Shown: positions 28,196 through 40,184 of the stretch, piece after piece
Layout: the number at the start of each line of letters is the position of its first letter
How positions within the stretch are numbered: the stretch's first letter is position 1
DNA from: Basidiobolus meristosporus CBS 931.73
Taxonomy: Eukaryota; Fungi; Basidiobolomycota
Assembly: GCA_002104905.1 (NCBI GenBank)
Contig: MCFE01000612.1
Location: 1 to 52,960 of the forward strand
Length of the DNA: 52,960 bases
Direction of reading: 5' to 3'
Position numbers and translations under genes: made by a program
The notes under the pieces: generated by a model
Databases searched by the model: none
The model's input: only the letters and a program-made list of their open reading frames with translations
Told to the model about the DNA's origin: nothing

Positions 28196-28527
28196 TGTTG
28201 TAAGAGTCTTGGAGATATTAGAAGTGATTGGGAGAACAAGTAGATTATGTGGTTTTCACTTAATGATTTATTGAATGTAAAAGTAGTATTTATACTTTTA
28301 CCTGGTCTTGGCATTACAAACACGTAGAATAGGTTAAGGAAGGTCCCAAGAACATGTGTGCAAAGTTTGGGGCTGTTTGGACAACTTTGAGAATTTTCAT
28401 GTTCTGGGTAAATATTCTAAGTAAATCCCAACAAGGAATTTGGTCAGTATTCTCCAGGATTTGAAGGTGATGATCTAAGTGACTAAGTTAGGTGAATATT
28501 TAGGTGGAAATATGAATTTTTACAACA
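28196..28527 (-). repeat. 3' LTR of the copia element
   Basis: Direct repeat of 32,430-32,779 with roughly a dozen substitutions and an ~18-bp deletion (by eye). Confidence 0.93.
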
Positions 28528-31500
28528 CTCCCACTCAGCTAAATGTTCATACTGACTAGTCCTAATTTTGACCTAAGATATTCAAACTTGTCTCTAGCTA
28601 ATGGTTTGGTAAATATGTCTGCAATCATTTCATCTGTAGGACAGTAAACTAAGCTAACTAAGTTATTCTCTATAGCTTCACGTATGAAATGATGTCTAAT
28701 ATCTATGTGCTTGGTTCTAGCATGAAAAGTTGGATTTCTACCTAATTGTATACATCCTTGATTATCTTGATATAAAGTAATAGGTGTTTTTTGACATAGG
28801 CCTAAATCTGTAAGAAGTTTTCTTAACCACATTGCTTCTTTTGTAGTTTCACAGGCTGCCATATACTCTGCCTCTGTGGTGGAAAGTGCTATGGTTGGTT
28901 GCTTTCTTGAATTCCATGAAATTGCTCCTTTACAGTAAAGCAAGGTGTATCCTGTGGTGGATCTTCTGTCTTCTATATTTTGTCCCCAATCAGCATCAGA
29001 GTATTCCACAAGATTCTGTTCTGAATCCTTATAAGTGTATCTTAAGCAGATATCAGCAGTTCCTTTTAGGCATCTAAAAATCCGCTTAACTGCTGCAATA
29101 TGATCAGATCCATAGTTCTGATTATGTTGGCTGACAACTCTCACTGAATATGAGATATCTGGACGTGTTCCAAGCATGATATACATCAGACTGCCAACCA
29201 TAGATTGATAAGGAAAGTCAGGGCTTTCAGATGGCACCAAGCTCTCTTGATTTGGTTGAGTTTTGACCAAGTTAAGGTTTGTCTCCATTGGGGTAGCTGC
29301 TGGTTTACAGTCTTTCATTTGGTACTTCTTTAGTATATCTTGAATATACTTGGATTGGTTAAGGGTGATAGTCTGGGTACTTCTGTCTATGGAGAACTTG
29401 ATCCCTAAGTAGTAATTAAGTTCTCCTAGATTGGACATCTTGAACTCCTTAGATAGGCTGGATTTAGTCTCTTCCAATGTTTCTAGGTTATTGGCGGCTA
29501 TAATAAGATCATCCACGTATAGAGCTAATAGAACTGGATTTCCTCTATCTGGCTTATAATATATACTATAGTCAGCATTACTCCTTTTGAAACTCAAAGA
29601 TTCCAAATAAGAATCTATCTTGCAATTCCAGGCTCTTGGTGATTGTGTGAGACCATATAGTGACTTTTTAAGCTTGCAGACCAAATGGGGGTTATCTTGG
29701 TCAGCAAACCCATCAGGCTGGTCCATATACACATCCTCATCAAGTTCTTCATTCAAAAATGCAGTTTTTACATCCATTTGATGAATAAAAAACTTATATT
29801 TGGCTGCAATAGCCAATATTAATCTGATGGAATTAAACTTGGCTACCGGTGCAAAGGTCTCAGTAAAGTCAAGTCCGTTTGTTTGAGAGTATCCTTTGGC
29901 CACAAGTCTTGCTTTGTATCTTTCAATTGTACCATCAGCCTTGTATTTTGTCTTGAAGCCCCATCTGCATCCAAGTGATTTTTGGTTGATTGGTAATTTG
30001 ACTAAGTCACAAGTTTGATTTTCCATCAGGGCCTGATATTCCTCAGTCATTGCAGATCTCCAAAACTTTGTCTGAGGGTTATTTAGGGCCTCTTTTACAG
30101 TCTGGGGTTCATCAATATGGACTGAATAGGCATAGGCTAAGTTTGTACCCTCATTGATTTAGTAATTTGGGCTATTTCTTGTCCAATTGGATCTCAAGGC
30201 ACTTGATATTGGAATGATCACTTCTGAGATATTCCTGGGCACAGATTCTGGCTGAACCACAGTTGTAGAGTCCTCTGGAGTGAAAAAATTTTCATTGTTT
30301 TGCTCTGATTCAATCCTGACAATTGATGGACTTAAGATCAAATTTTTGTCATCATCTGATGTCATTTTTGTGAAAATTTTGAATTTTCATCAGACAACAC
30401 ATCCCTGGACTTGATAAGCTTGTTTGCTTTGGTATTGTAGAGTCTGTATGCCTTACTCTCATTGCAGTAGCCCAAAAATATGCATTTTACACTTTTTGGT
30501 TCAAATTTTGACTGATTTCCGGCCAGTTTTTTGGCATATGCTGTACACCCAAATATTCTTAGATGTTTTGCATTTGGTCTGTATCCATACCATGCTTCAA
30601 ATGGAGTAGAATCACAAAGTATTCTGTTATAACTCCTATTTTTAAGATATACAGCAGTGGCAACTGATTCCACCCAAAATCATAGGATAATTTTTGATCA
30701 TGGATCATAGATCTTGCCATATCAATTATTGATCTGTTAGCTTGTTCTGCTACTCCATTTTGCTGTGGGGAGTATGGTGCAGTAGTCTCTTGCTTTATCC
30801 CATGAATTTTGCAGAAGTGGATGAAGAGTTTTGCGGTATATTCTCCACCATTGTCAGAGCGTATTTTCCTGATTTTTTCACCAGTTTCTCTCTCCATCAG
30901 TAAAAGTGATTAAATACTTCATCCCACCTAAGGATAAATTTTGCATAGGTCCAAACAGATCTGAGTGAATCAGATCTAATTTTTTCTTAGTTTTGATTAA
31001 CCCAGAGCTCTTGAACAGTTGTCTGGCTTGTTTCCCATGTATGCAGGCTTCACAGTGCTACAAATTAGCTGGGGGATCAATTTTCACTCCAGAAACTAGC
31101 TGATCTTTGATCATTTTACGCAAATAATCAAAATTGATGTGTCCAAATCTCCTGTGCCAAAGCATTGGTGTTTCTTCATTTAAGTTACTGATTTTGGCTT
31201 CCAAATATGATGGAATGTAAGTCAACTTGTATAGATTCTGATCTCTGATGCTCAAAGCAATATGGGCACCATTTTGATCAGTGATCCTGCATCCAGAATT
31301 GTCAAAACTGAAACTGAGTCCTTCTGCTGTGGCCTTGCTTACAGAGAGTAGGTTCTTGGCTATTTCTGGTACATAGAGTACTTCTTTAAAGGTCAGTGTA
31401 TGGCTTCCTTCACTGCTTCTTAGGTTTACTTGGATAGTTCCTTCTCCCACTGCATCAAGTGTTCTATCATCACCCAAGAAAACCTTCTTAATTGGAATTT

Positions 31501-32429
31501 CTTGATATTGGGTAAAAAGTTCTTTTTGGTGTGTAAAGTGTTGAGAAGCTTCAGAGTCAATATACCACGTCTGAGAATCCTTGTTTGTTGTCATATTTAG
31601 TGCAGATATGAATAGTCTATCTTCAGTTGTTGCAGCATTTCCCTATTCAGGCTTCTTTTGCTGATTATCTTTCATTTTGAGACACCGGTCTGATGTGTTT
31701 CTTTTCCTTTTGCAGTAGTTACAAAACAAGTTGCTGTTGCCTTTGTAGGGTCTTGGGTACCTCCTTTGTTGGTTATCATTGCTTATTAAAGTATTTTCTT
31801 CTTCCTTCTTATTGGCGCTTGTTTTTCTTAATTCTTCATCCAGGAGCCTTCCATATACATAATTTAAGGTCAAATCTTCAGTTCTGGACTCTACAGCTGA
31901 TACAAGGCCCTGAAACTTGTCTGTCAGGCTATTCAGGATGGTAACTATCACATTCTCATCAGTAGTTGGTACACCCACAGATTCCATCTCATCTCCCAGC
32001 AGGGTAATTCTGTTAATTAGATTTTTCATTTCTTCTCCTGGCTGCATCTTTGTAGTAAAGAATTTTTGTCTCAGATACATTTTCTTGGCAGCTGAGCATG
32101 ACTGGTAGGTGTCCTCTAATGACTTCCAGGCATTCTTTGCTGTTTTTGCTCTTGAGCATTGAATTAGCAATTTGTCCTTGACATTAAGGCAAATGCAGTT
32201 AAAGGCACTCTGCTCTTTCTTCTGGTACTTTAAGGCTTCCTCTCCCACATTTTTAGGAGGGCATTCTTCTCCCATGACAATATCCCAAAGGCCTCTTTCT
32301 TGTAGCAGCATCTTCATCTTCACCTTCCACACTTGGTAGTTAGAGCCATCCAACTTTTCAGCAGAGGGAAAAATTCCAGTAATAGCAGTAGTAGCCATTG
32401 CAGAGAGTGACAGCTTGGGGCTCATAACC

Positions 32430-32779
32430 TGTTGTAAGAGTCTTGGAGATATTGGAAGTGATTTGGAGAACAAGTAGACTGTGTGGTTTTCACTTAATGA
32501 TTCATTGAATGTAAAAGTAGTATTTATACTTTTACCTGGTCTTGGCATTACAAACATGTAGAATAGGTTAAGGAAGGTCCCAAGAACATGTGTGCAAAGT
32601 TTGGGGCTGTTTGGACAACTTTGAGAATTTTCATGTTCTGGGCACCTTGTATTTTGGTGAAAATATTCTAAGTAAATCCTGACAAGGAATTTTGGTCAGT
32701 ATTCTCTAGGATTTGAAGGTGATGATCTAAGTGACTAAGTTAGGTGAATATTTAGGTGGAAATACCAACTTTTACAACA
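32430..32779 (-). repeat. 5' LTR of the copia element
   Basis: TG..CA termini, adjacent to the half-tRNA-iMet PBS. Confidence 0.93.
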
Positions 32780-33042
32780 TAAGGAGGGGGAGACAGCTAC
32801 CAACAGGTGACATCTTTATTTTATTTAAAACAGAGTAGCCAGCATTACTGCTGTAGCTTTGATACAAGATTGTGGAGCTGGGGGGAATTAATAGGTAACT
32901 TAATGAGAAGAAATGATAACTCTTCAGTGCTCAAGACACTGTTCAATGGGAAGGGGGGCAGTAAGAGAGGCAAGAACAATTTGACAGCAACATTGATAAG
33001 GGGGATATGATATGGATTAATACTCATCATAAAGGGAGTGTT
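32780..33042 (-). mobile_element. Telomeric LINE family A, copy A1: old diverged 3' fragment
   Basis: GGGGGAGACAGCTACCAACAGGTGACATCTTTATT... is homologous to the A 3' end. It encodes ...INPYHIPLIN..LVSKLQQ* with many substitutions. Confidence 0.85.
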
Positions 33043-33069
33043 AAAGGATTGTAATTGCACCTAAGTGTT

Positions 33070-34002
33070 TGTTGTAAAGTTTGTGATTCTACCTAAATAC
33101 TGGCCTAACTTAGTCACTTGGATCATTACCTACAAATCTTAGAGAATGCCAACCAAACTCCTTGTTGGGATTTACTTAAAATATTTTCACCAAAATATCA
33201 GGTACACAGAACATGAAAATTGAATAAGTTGTCCAAACAGCCCCAAACCTTGCACACATGTTCTTGGAACCTTCCCAAACATATGCTATGTGGCAATTAT
33301 GCCAAGACTATATAAAAATATAAATACTACTTTACATTCAATAAATCATTAAGTGTAAACCACAAAATCTACTTATTCTCCCAGTCACTTTCAATATCTC
33401 CAAGACTCTTACAACAGGTTATGGGCCCCAAGCTGTCACTCTCTGGAACATCTACTACTGTTATTACTGGAATCTCTTCCTCTGCATAAAAGTTGGATAG
33501 ATCCAACTACCAATTCTGGAAGGTGAAGATGAAGATACCACTACAGAAAAGTGGCCTTGGGGACATTGTCATGGGAGAAGAATACCCTCCAAAAGGTGTA
33601 GGAGAAGAAGACTTAGACTACTAGAAGAAAGAGCAAAGTGCCTTTAACTTCATTTGCCTCAATGTTAGAGAAAAATTGGTAATTCAATGCTCAAGAGCAA
33701 AAATGGCAAAGAATGCCTGGAAGGCATTGGAAGACACCTAACAGCCATGTTCAGCAGCTAAGAAAATGTATCTTGGATGAAAATTCTTTGCTAAAAAGAT
33801 GCTCCCAGGAGAAGAAATGAAAAATCTAATTAACAGATTTACCCTGCCAGTTGATGAGATGGAATTTGTGGGTGTACAAACTACTGATGAGGGTGTGATA
33901 GTTACCCTCCTGAACAGCCTGGCAGACAAGTTTCAGGGCCTTGTATTAAGTCTAGAGTCTAGAACTGAAGAGTTGACCTTAAATAATGTATATGGAAGGC
34001 TC
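33070..34002 (+). mobile_element. Second copia copy: 5' LTR (33,070-33,416), PBS and decayed gag, inverted relative to the first
   Basis: The LTR is the reverse-complement homologue of 32,430-32,779. PBS GGTTATGGGCCC at 33,417; gag homology (MLPGEEMKNLINR) interrupted by stops. Confidence 0.88.
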
Positions 34003-34950
34003 ATTCCATCTGGATCCCCATCTTGGTAAGAGGACTCTTCATTCCGGAAACACAGAGCCTGCCTAACACCAACTCTAGATAGTCTGTATCCTCCCCAATG
34101 AAGTCGTGAGATGGTCGCTGGTGGGTGCTGGGTTTGAAACTTCCGGTAAGTTTGTATGGCCTTCCTCGCCTTGCCGGGTTCACAACCCATAGCCCATCTA
34201 TTCCGGGGTTTTTCAAGTGCCGAAGCATGAAAAGGTGATCTCCCGGTCGGAAAGATTCTTCCCCAAGCTGCTGATTCTCTTTATCCTGGCTGCGCACGCT
34301 GCACGGGAGTTCGTCTTCAAGTTCAAGTTCTATTAGTACACCATCAGCTTCAAGGTGATCAGAGACATGACCAACAACATCCTAGACAGTGCGCAGTAGC
34401 CTCTCCACCATCTCCCCTTTATTTGTCATTTGATGATGTTGATACACGTATACATGAATTAAATGCTCCTTGTTTCGATCAATCTGGTTCGATGGAAGCG
34501 ACACGAAATAGTCAAGTGGTGACGTTTATGTAACATATTCTAGGAAATCGATTAGCGTATGTTGAACCATGGTCTTATGCATCCCTACCATCGGGCAAGT
34601 GGCGAATGCATAGTACAGAAATGAAGACCAAGCGTACACTCCACCGACGACCACCAGGAACGTCAGCACTCGAAGCATTGCTCCTTGAAAATGCCCCTAG
34701 ATCTGAGTAAATAATGTTGACCAGCGAGTCGTTTTGCATGCCAAAAGAATTCCCAGATTTGGTTAATCATTCTTGAGGTAGCAAGCTCGTGGATCGTCTG
34801 AATGATGGCGCCACATTTTGAATGGTGTCCAACATCTTCCCACCTTTCAAACCTCCAGGCACAGTTAATTAGAATTGAGTCCTCTCTGGTAGCAACCGTC
34901 ACCTTGTATAAGTACACGTGTTCATCAAGATAACGTACGAAGGAGAGCAC
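34001..34950 (-). pseudogene. Degenerate retroviral-type integrase-like remnant
   Basis: By-eye resemblance only: IHELA..FFW..CFEC (zinc-binding domain), EMVERLLRTV (core end) and FRPGDHL..GRPYKL (gypsy IN C-terminus). Stops are present. Confidence 0.35.
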
Positions 34951-35618
34951 CTCTTCTTGGCTTGAAAATAGGCAAATGATTTAACCCTGAAACATGTATC
35001 ACGCTCTTAAACAGCTGGTTTCCCTTACTTGAGGGGAAATCCGATTGTAGCTTCTGGTTTGGGCTGTCGTCAGTAGTTACGTGATCCAAGTGGTGAGGGA
35101 GAGGTGAGCTTGATTTTGTATGAGGCTGCTTTGCGAGTGTTCTATGTTGTGTGCTGAATGGGTGTCGGTGGAGTTTGAGTTTTGATGGCAGAAGGATCAC
35201 ACATGATACGATATTTACTCGCCGAGAAGATCCTTGTAAACAAACCTAACAACAAGCAGTGGCACATGCGGTTGGACAACCGTTCCTTTCCTACTTCACT
35301 CCATCTAGATAGGGTGTGTATTGAAATTGGTCACGTGCGGGATTTCTTTCTGTCAACGGAAGGTTTGCTGCAGCATGTTACAATGGGAAATATGCATCTA
35401 AGTACATGGAGGCAGGTATGAAGAATGCGGGGGAATAAGGTTGAGTCCACACAATAGACAGATTTCATATTCATCAAGATGTGCCTTGGCTTACTGAGAC
35501 ACCACTGGAGTGAAAAAGGGGCAGTAAGGGAGGGTGTGGGGTACCCCATACTTTCCTCCGAGGTGAGTATAAATTGATCAAGACACTCACTTGGCAGTAT
35601 ATCTCTCTCAACAACAAA

Positions 35619-37556
35619 ATGAAATTCTCCGCACCCAGAATCTTGTGCTTCCTCTCTGGTTTGGCTGCAATCAACGCCGCAGCTTTCGATAGAAGACTAC
35701 AGGCAAGAAGTGGTGGAACTTACGACGTGACCGATCTATTCGACGGAGGGAATGAAAGTGGTGGTAGCGGAGCTGGCGCTTATGGCCCCGGAAATGGTGA
35801 TAACGGAAGTGGCGGTAACGGCAATGGAGGCAATGATGATGGCAGTGGCAACGGGGCCGGTGCTTATGGCCCTGGAAATGGTGATAACGGAAGCGGCAGT
35901 AACGGTAATGGAGGCAATGGTGATGGCAGTGGCAACGGTGGTAATGGGGCCGGTGCTTACGACTCTGGAAACGGTAACGGCGGTAATGGAAATAGAGGAA
36001 ATGGAGATGGCAATGGAAATGGTGGCAACGGAGGCGGTGCATATGACTCTGGCAATGGTGGCAACGGAAATGGCGGTAACGGCAATGGAGGCAACGGTGA
36101 TGGCAGTGACAACGGGGCCGGTGCTTATGGCCCTGGAAACGGCAACGGCGGTAATGGAAATGGAGGAGATGGAGATGACAATGGTAATGGAGGCAATGGA
36201 GCCGGTGCATATGGCTCTGGCAATGGAGGAAACGGAAATGGCGGTAGCGGCAATGGAGGTAATGGTGATGGCAGTGGCAACGGTGGTAACGGGGCCGGTG
36301 CTTACGACTCTGGAAACGGTAACGGCGGTAATGGAAATGGAGGAAATGGAGATGGCAATGGTAATGGAGGCAATGAGAACAGTGGCAACGGAGCTGGTGC
36401 TTACGACTCTGGTAATGGTGGAAATGGAAATGGCGGTAACGGCAATGGAGGCAATGGTGATGGGAATGGCAACGGTGGTAACGGGGCCGGTGCTTACGAC
36501 TCTGGAAACGGCAACGGCGGTAATGGAAGTGGAGGAGATGGAGATGACAATGGTAATGGAGGCAATGGAGCCGGTGCATATGGCTCTGGCAATGGTGGAA
36601 ACGGAAATGGCGGTAGCGGCAATGGAGGTAATGGTGATGGCAGTGGCAACGGTGGTAACGGAGCCGGTGCTTACGACTCTGGAAACGGTAACGGCGGTAA
36701 TGGAAATGGAGGAAATGGAGATGGCAATGGTAATGGAGGCAATGGAGCCGGTGCAAATGGCTCTGGTAATGGTGGAAACGGAAACGGCGGTAACGGCAAT
36801 GGAGGCAATGGTGATGGGAATGGCAACGGTGGTAACGGAGCCGGTGCTTACGACTCTGGAAACGGCAACGGCGGTAATGGAAATGGAAATGGCAATGGTA
36901 ATGGAGGAAATGAGAACAGTGGCAACGGAGCTGGTGCTTACGACTCTGGTAATGGTGGAAATGGAAATGGCGGTAACGGCAATGAAGGCAATGGTGATGG
37001 CAGTGGCAACGGCGGTAATGGAAATGGAGACGGCAATGGAAACGGTGGCAACGGAGCCGGTGCATACGACTCTGGCGATGGTGGAAACGGAAATGGCGGT
37101 AACGGCAATGGAGATGGTAATGGAGGCAATGGCAACGGCGGTAATGGAAATGGCAATGGAGGCAACGGAGCCGGTACATATGACTCTAGCAATGGTGGAA
37201 ACGGAAACGATGGTAACGGCAATGGTAATGGAGGTATTGGCAACGGTGGTAACAACGCTGATAACAATGTTGGTGCTTATGACTCTGGAAACGGCAACGG
37301 CGGTAATGGAAATGGAGGAAGTCGAGACGGCAACGGTAATGGAGGAAATGGAAACGGTGGTAACGGCGCTGGTACTTATGGCTCTGGAAACGGCAGCGGT
37401 GGTAATGGAAATGATGTCACTAGAGGCGGCAATGACAATGGTGGTAACGGAGCCGGTGTTTATAATTCTCAAAATGATGGAAACGGAAACGGAGGCAATG
37501 GCTCTGGAAGTGCTAATGGGAATGGTGCCGGCAACGGTAATGGTGATTGTCAGTAA
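35619..37556 (+). CDS. Secreted Gly/Asn-rich repeat protein (645 aa, ~19 GAGAY(D/G)SG-anchored units)
   Basis: Intact single-exon ORF with signal peptide MKFSAPRILCFLSGLAAINAAA and dibasic RR; TATAAAT at ~35,568; ends GDCQ*. Confidence 0.85.
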   Translation: MKFSAPRILCFLSGLAAINAAAFDRRLQARSGGTYDVTDLFDGGNESGGSGAGAYGPGNGDNGSGGNGNGGNDDGSGNGAGAYGPGNGDNGSGSNGNGGNGDGSGNGGNGAGAYDSGNGNGGNGNRGNGDGNGNGGNGGGAYDSGNGGNGNGGNGNGGNGDGSDNGAGAYGPGNGNGGNGNGGDGDDNGNGGNGAGAYGSGNGGNGNGGSGNGGNGDGSGNGGNGAGAYDSGNGNGGNGNGGNGDGNGNGGNENSGNGAGAYDSGNGGNGNGGNGNGGNGDGNGNGGNGAGAYDSGNGNGGNGSGGDGDDNGNGGNGAGAYGSGNGGNGNGGSGNGGNGDGSGNGGNGAGAYDSGNGNGGNGNGGNGDGNGNGGNGAGANGSGNGGNGNGGNGNGGNGDGNGNGGNGAGAYDSGNGNGGNGNGNGNGNGGNENSGNGAGAYDSGNGGNGNGGNGNEGNGDGSGNGGNGNGDGNGNGGNGAGAYDSGDGGNGNGGNGNGDGNGGNGNGGNGNGNGGNGAGTYDSSNGGNGNDGNGNGNGGIGNGGNNADNNVGAYDSGNGNGGNGNGGSRDGNGNGGNGNGGNGAGTYGSGNGSGGNGNDVTRGGNDNGGNGAGVYNSQNDGNGNGGNGSGSANGNGAGNGNGDCQ

Positions 37557-37848
37557 CTCATAGCGCTATAGTAGAATGATCATGTATTTAAAGTCTATTT
37601 AATCCATAAATAAATTTGCTTGATAGATGGAATGCCATTTTGTACAATGTTGCTTCTCTATATGTTTTGTGGGTTTGTATTTGAAGCAAAATATGGCTAT
37701 ATATGTTCTCATCCTTTTATTTATATAGATTATGGTCAAGGGGAGAGTAGGAAAGTGATGATTGTGGATCCATTGACACAGGTGGACTATTTGTGTATGC
37801 TGCCTAGTGGGAATCACTCTAGAGCCAAAAGAAGTGTTAGGAGAGTAC

Positions 37849-38616
37849 TGTTGTGCATCAACATTTAAAACTTGGCCAATTTCACTCCATTAGAAAATCT
37901 AGTACCCTAACTGATTTTCCCTAACCCAAACATAACTAATCCCTGTTATGGTTTATTTTATCACTTCTCAGAATCTATTTTTAGCTGTCACACCTGATCA
38001 ATTTTCATGTGGTCATTATGTCCTCAACTGATCTGCTAAGCCCTTCCAAGTGATTAGTCATCTGAGATTTATCCAACCACTTAGCAGTTGCCAAGACATC
38101 AGCTGATTAATGATGCAATTTTTCATTTATCTTATGCACCTATCAACACCCCAACAGATTTCAATTAGCCCAGTCTCTTGGTGCTTACTAATGCAACTCA
38201 ATCAGAAAAGTATAAATAAAGTTTACTGAACCTTTTGGTTTAGTGTGTGTCTCAACAAAATTAAAATTGTGCCTCAGCAAAATTAAGAATTCAACAATTC
38301 CATTCTAGTTTCCACCCTAGCCTAGCACATCTAGTACTCTCAAGAGCACCAAGCCTAGCCTGTATAGCAACCCAACTCTGTTGCCTTTATAGCCCAACTC
38401 AACTATATACAAAACCAATATTAGACCAGAACTTCTCTGCTAATATTTTGTCACCCTTGACAATTCTAAGATTCTGCACTCAGTTATCACTTAAGTTCAG
38501 TTGACTCATTCAAGAGTTGTATTACACTTCTCTCTTGGATACAACATTTTTTTGTTGAATTCCATTACATTCAACCGCATTACAATATGTCCTCAGCAGC
38601 AAGTAATCCAAATCTC
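37849..38616 (+). mobile_element. Ty3/gypsy-like element copy 1: LTR (37,849-38,546) plus the first 10 gag codons, cut off by telomeric repeats
   Basis: TGTTGT..ACAACA termini; homologous to 40,185-40,881; ATGTCCTCAGCAGCAAGT (MSSAASNPNL) is followed directly by AGGGTTAGGG. Confidence 0.85.
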
Positions 38617-40184
38617 AGGGTTAGGGGGGAGACAGTCACCAACAGGCAAAATCTTTATTTCAGTTGAAACAAAGAAGCCAGCGCTACTGTTGTAGCTTTG
38701 ATACAAGAGTGTGTAGCTGAGGGGAATTTGTAGGTAAGTTAATAAGAAGTGATGATAGTTCTTCAGTGCTCAAGACACTGTTCAGTGGGAAGGGGGGTAG
38801 CAAGAGAGGTAAAAATGACTTGTGAACAACATTAATGAGGGGAATGTGATAAGGATTGATATTCATCATAAAGGGAGTGTGTTGCTGCAGATATTGCTGC
38901 CAAAGGTCTGTCAAGTAATTCAGGTAGGCCAGCTTTGGTTTTTCTGACTGCAGAATATAATGAGCAAACTTCTTGACTTCAGGATCTCCAAGTATAGTTC
39001 TCCAGCAGGAGTCAGGTGTAGTGTGGTGTGTTCTCTGCCAGGCCTTAATCAGTGGTTTGTTGCAGTTGTGAAGTCTGAGATATAATCTGGTTCTAAGGTA
39101 GAGAAGTCTGATCTTATAGGGCATAAACCCAAAAGCACCAAGAATAGCATGTCTGTAGGGGCATTCAGGCAAATGAGGCACCAAGGAGGTAATGCACCAT
39201 ACTGCAAACTTGTCAAGCTTAGTGCAGTCTCTAGAAGTAAGAGAGAGAAGTGGTAGGCCAAATTCCAGGACAGGGAAGACAAACTGCTTGAGTAGAAGAA
39301 GGCAGCTGGGAGCTGAAGTTGCAGGAGGAGTAACAGCCAGTAGCTTGTGGAGTGCCTGTCTTGCCAGGATAATTCTCTTCTTCAGGTGTGCTCCGGAGTC
39401 TAGTCCAGTAGGAAGGAAAGGAAAGCCAAGATATGTAGCAGAAGCCCAAGCAGGTAGAGTGGAGTTCTCCAGGTTTACGGGAGTGCCCAAAGGTACTGTC
39501 TTTGCAATGGAAAGCTGGAGATTATTCTTCTGCAGATACTGGTGGATGGTCTGGGAGTCTTGTTGCACATTGGAGGAGGATATTCTGATATCATCAGCAA
39601 AGAGAGTAACCAGGCAGTCAGCTGAGAGTCTTGGGAAATCATTCAGGAAGATGGAGAGCAGTATAGGACCAAGCACAGAGCCTTGAACCACTCCATTAGG
39701 ACTGAGAGCACTTGTGATTGCTCACTTGGGTGCAGAATTCTTGCTTGTGGATCCAGAAACAGAGACCTGACCAGGAGGGTGAGAGAGGTACTGGAGAAGC
39801 ATTGCAACTTGGACCAAAGCAGATTTCTGTTAACTGAATTAAAGGCCTTAGTAATATCAAACAGAACAGAGGGATACTTGCACTGGAGAGAGTGATCTTG
39901 GCTAAGTATGACTGCATATTCCAAGGAGAGGCCAGGAACAAAGCCAAACTGTGCAGGGTGAAACTTGAGGGAGTCAGAGTAGAGCTCCTGAGCAAGCAGA
40001 AGCTCAAGCACCTTTCTGCAGGTAGGCAGCAGAGATATTGGCCTGTAGGAGCTAGGATCCAGGTGCTTTCCTTTGCCCTTGTACAGTGGCAGAAAATTTG
40101 CAAAGGACCATTCCTCAGGAGTAGAAAGCTGGGCTGAGCATAGCTGAAACAGTGGAAGCAGAAGTGCAGACATGGCCTTGGTAC
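38617..40184 (-). mobile_element. Telomeric LINE family A, copy A2 (3' 1.56 kb, RT frameshifted near 39,700)
   Basis: AGGGTTAGGGGGGAGACAGTCACC start; RT motifs YRPISLL, FDITKAF, VQGSVLGP and FADD; ends at GTAC where the gypsy LTR begins. Confidence 0.95.

Larger units (their letters stand above)
28196..32779 (-). mobile_element. Full-length but frameshifted Ty1/copia LTR retrotransposon (Ty5/Hemivirus-type PBS)
   Basis: LTRs TGTTG..CAACA at 28,196-28,527 and 32,430-32,779; 5-bp TSD TAAGG (28,191-28,195 / 32,780-32,784); PBS GGTTATGAGCCC (32,418-32,429); PPT GAGTGGGAG beside the 3' LTR. Coding pieces: gag (KLDGSNYQVW), integrase (IRSDNGGEY, PQQNGVAE), RT (YKARLVAKGY, MDVKTAFL, YVDD), RNase H (YSDADW, KHIDIRHH). 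Order PR-IN-RT-RH, broken into several ORFs. Confidence 0.95.

Noticed and set aside
35671-37563. Long alternative-frame ORFs (His/Cys/Arg-rich 502 aa, Ile/Thr/Ala-rich 578 aa, Met/Val/Ala-rich 603 aa)
   Set aside because: These are shadow frames of the GGN/AAY codon repeat. Only the Gly/Asn frame has a signal peptide and upstream TATA.
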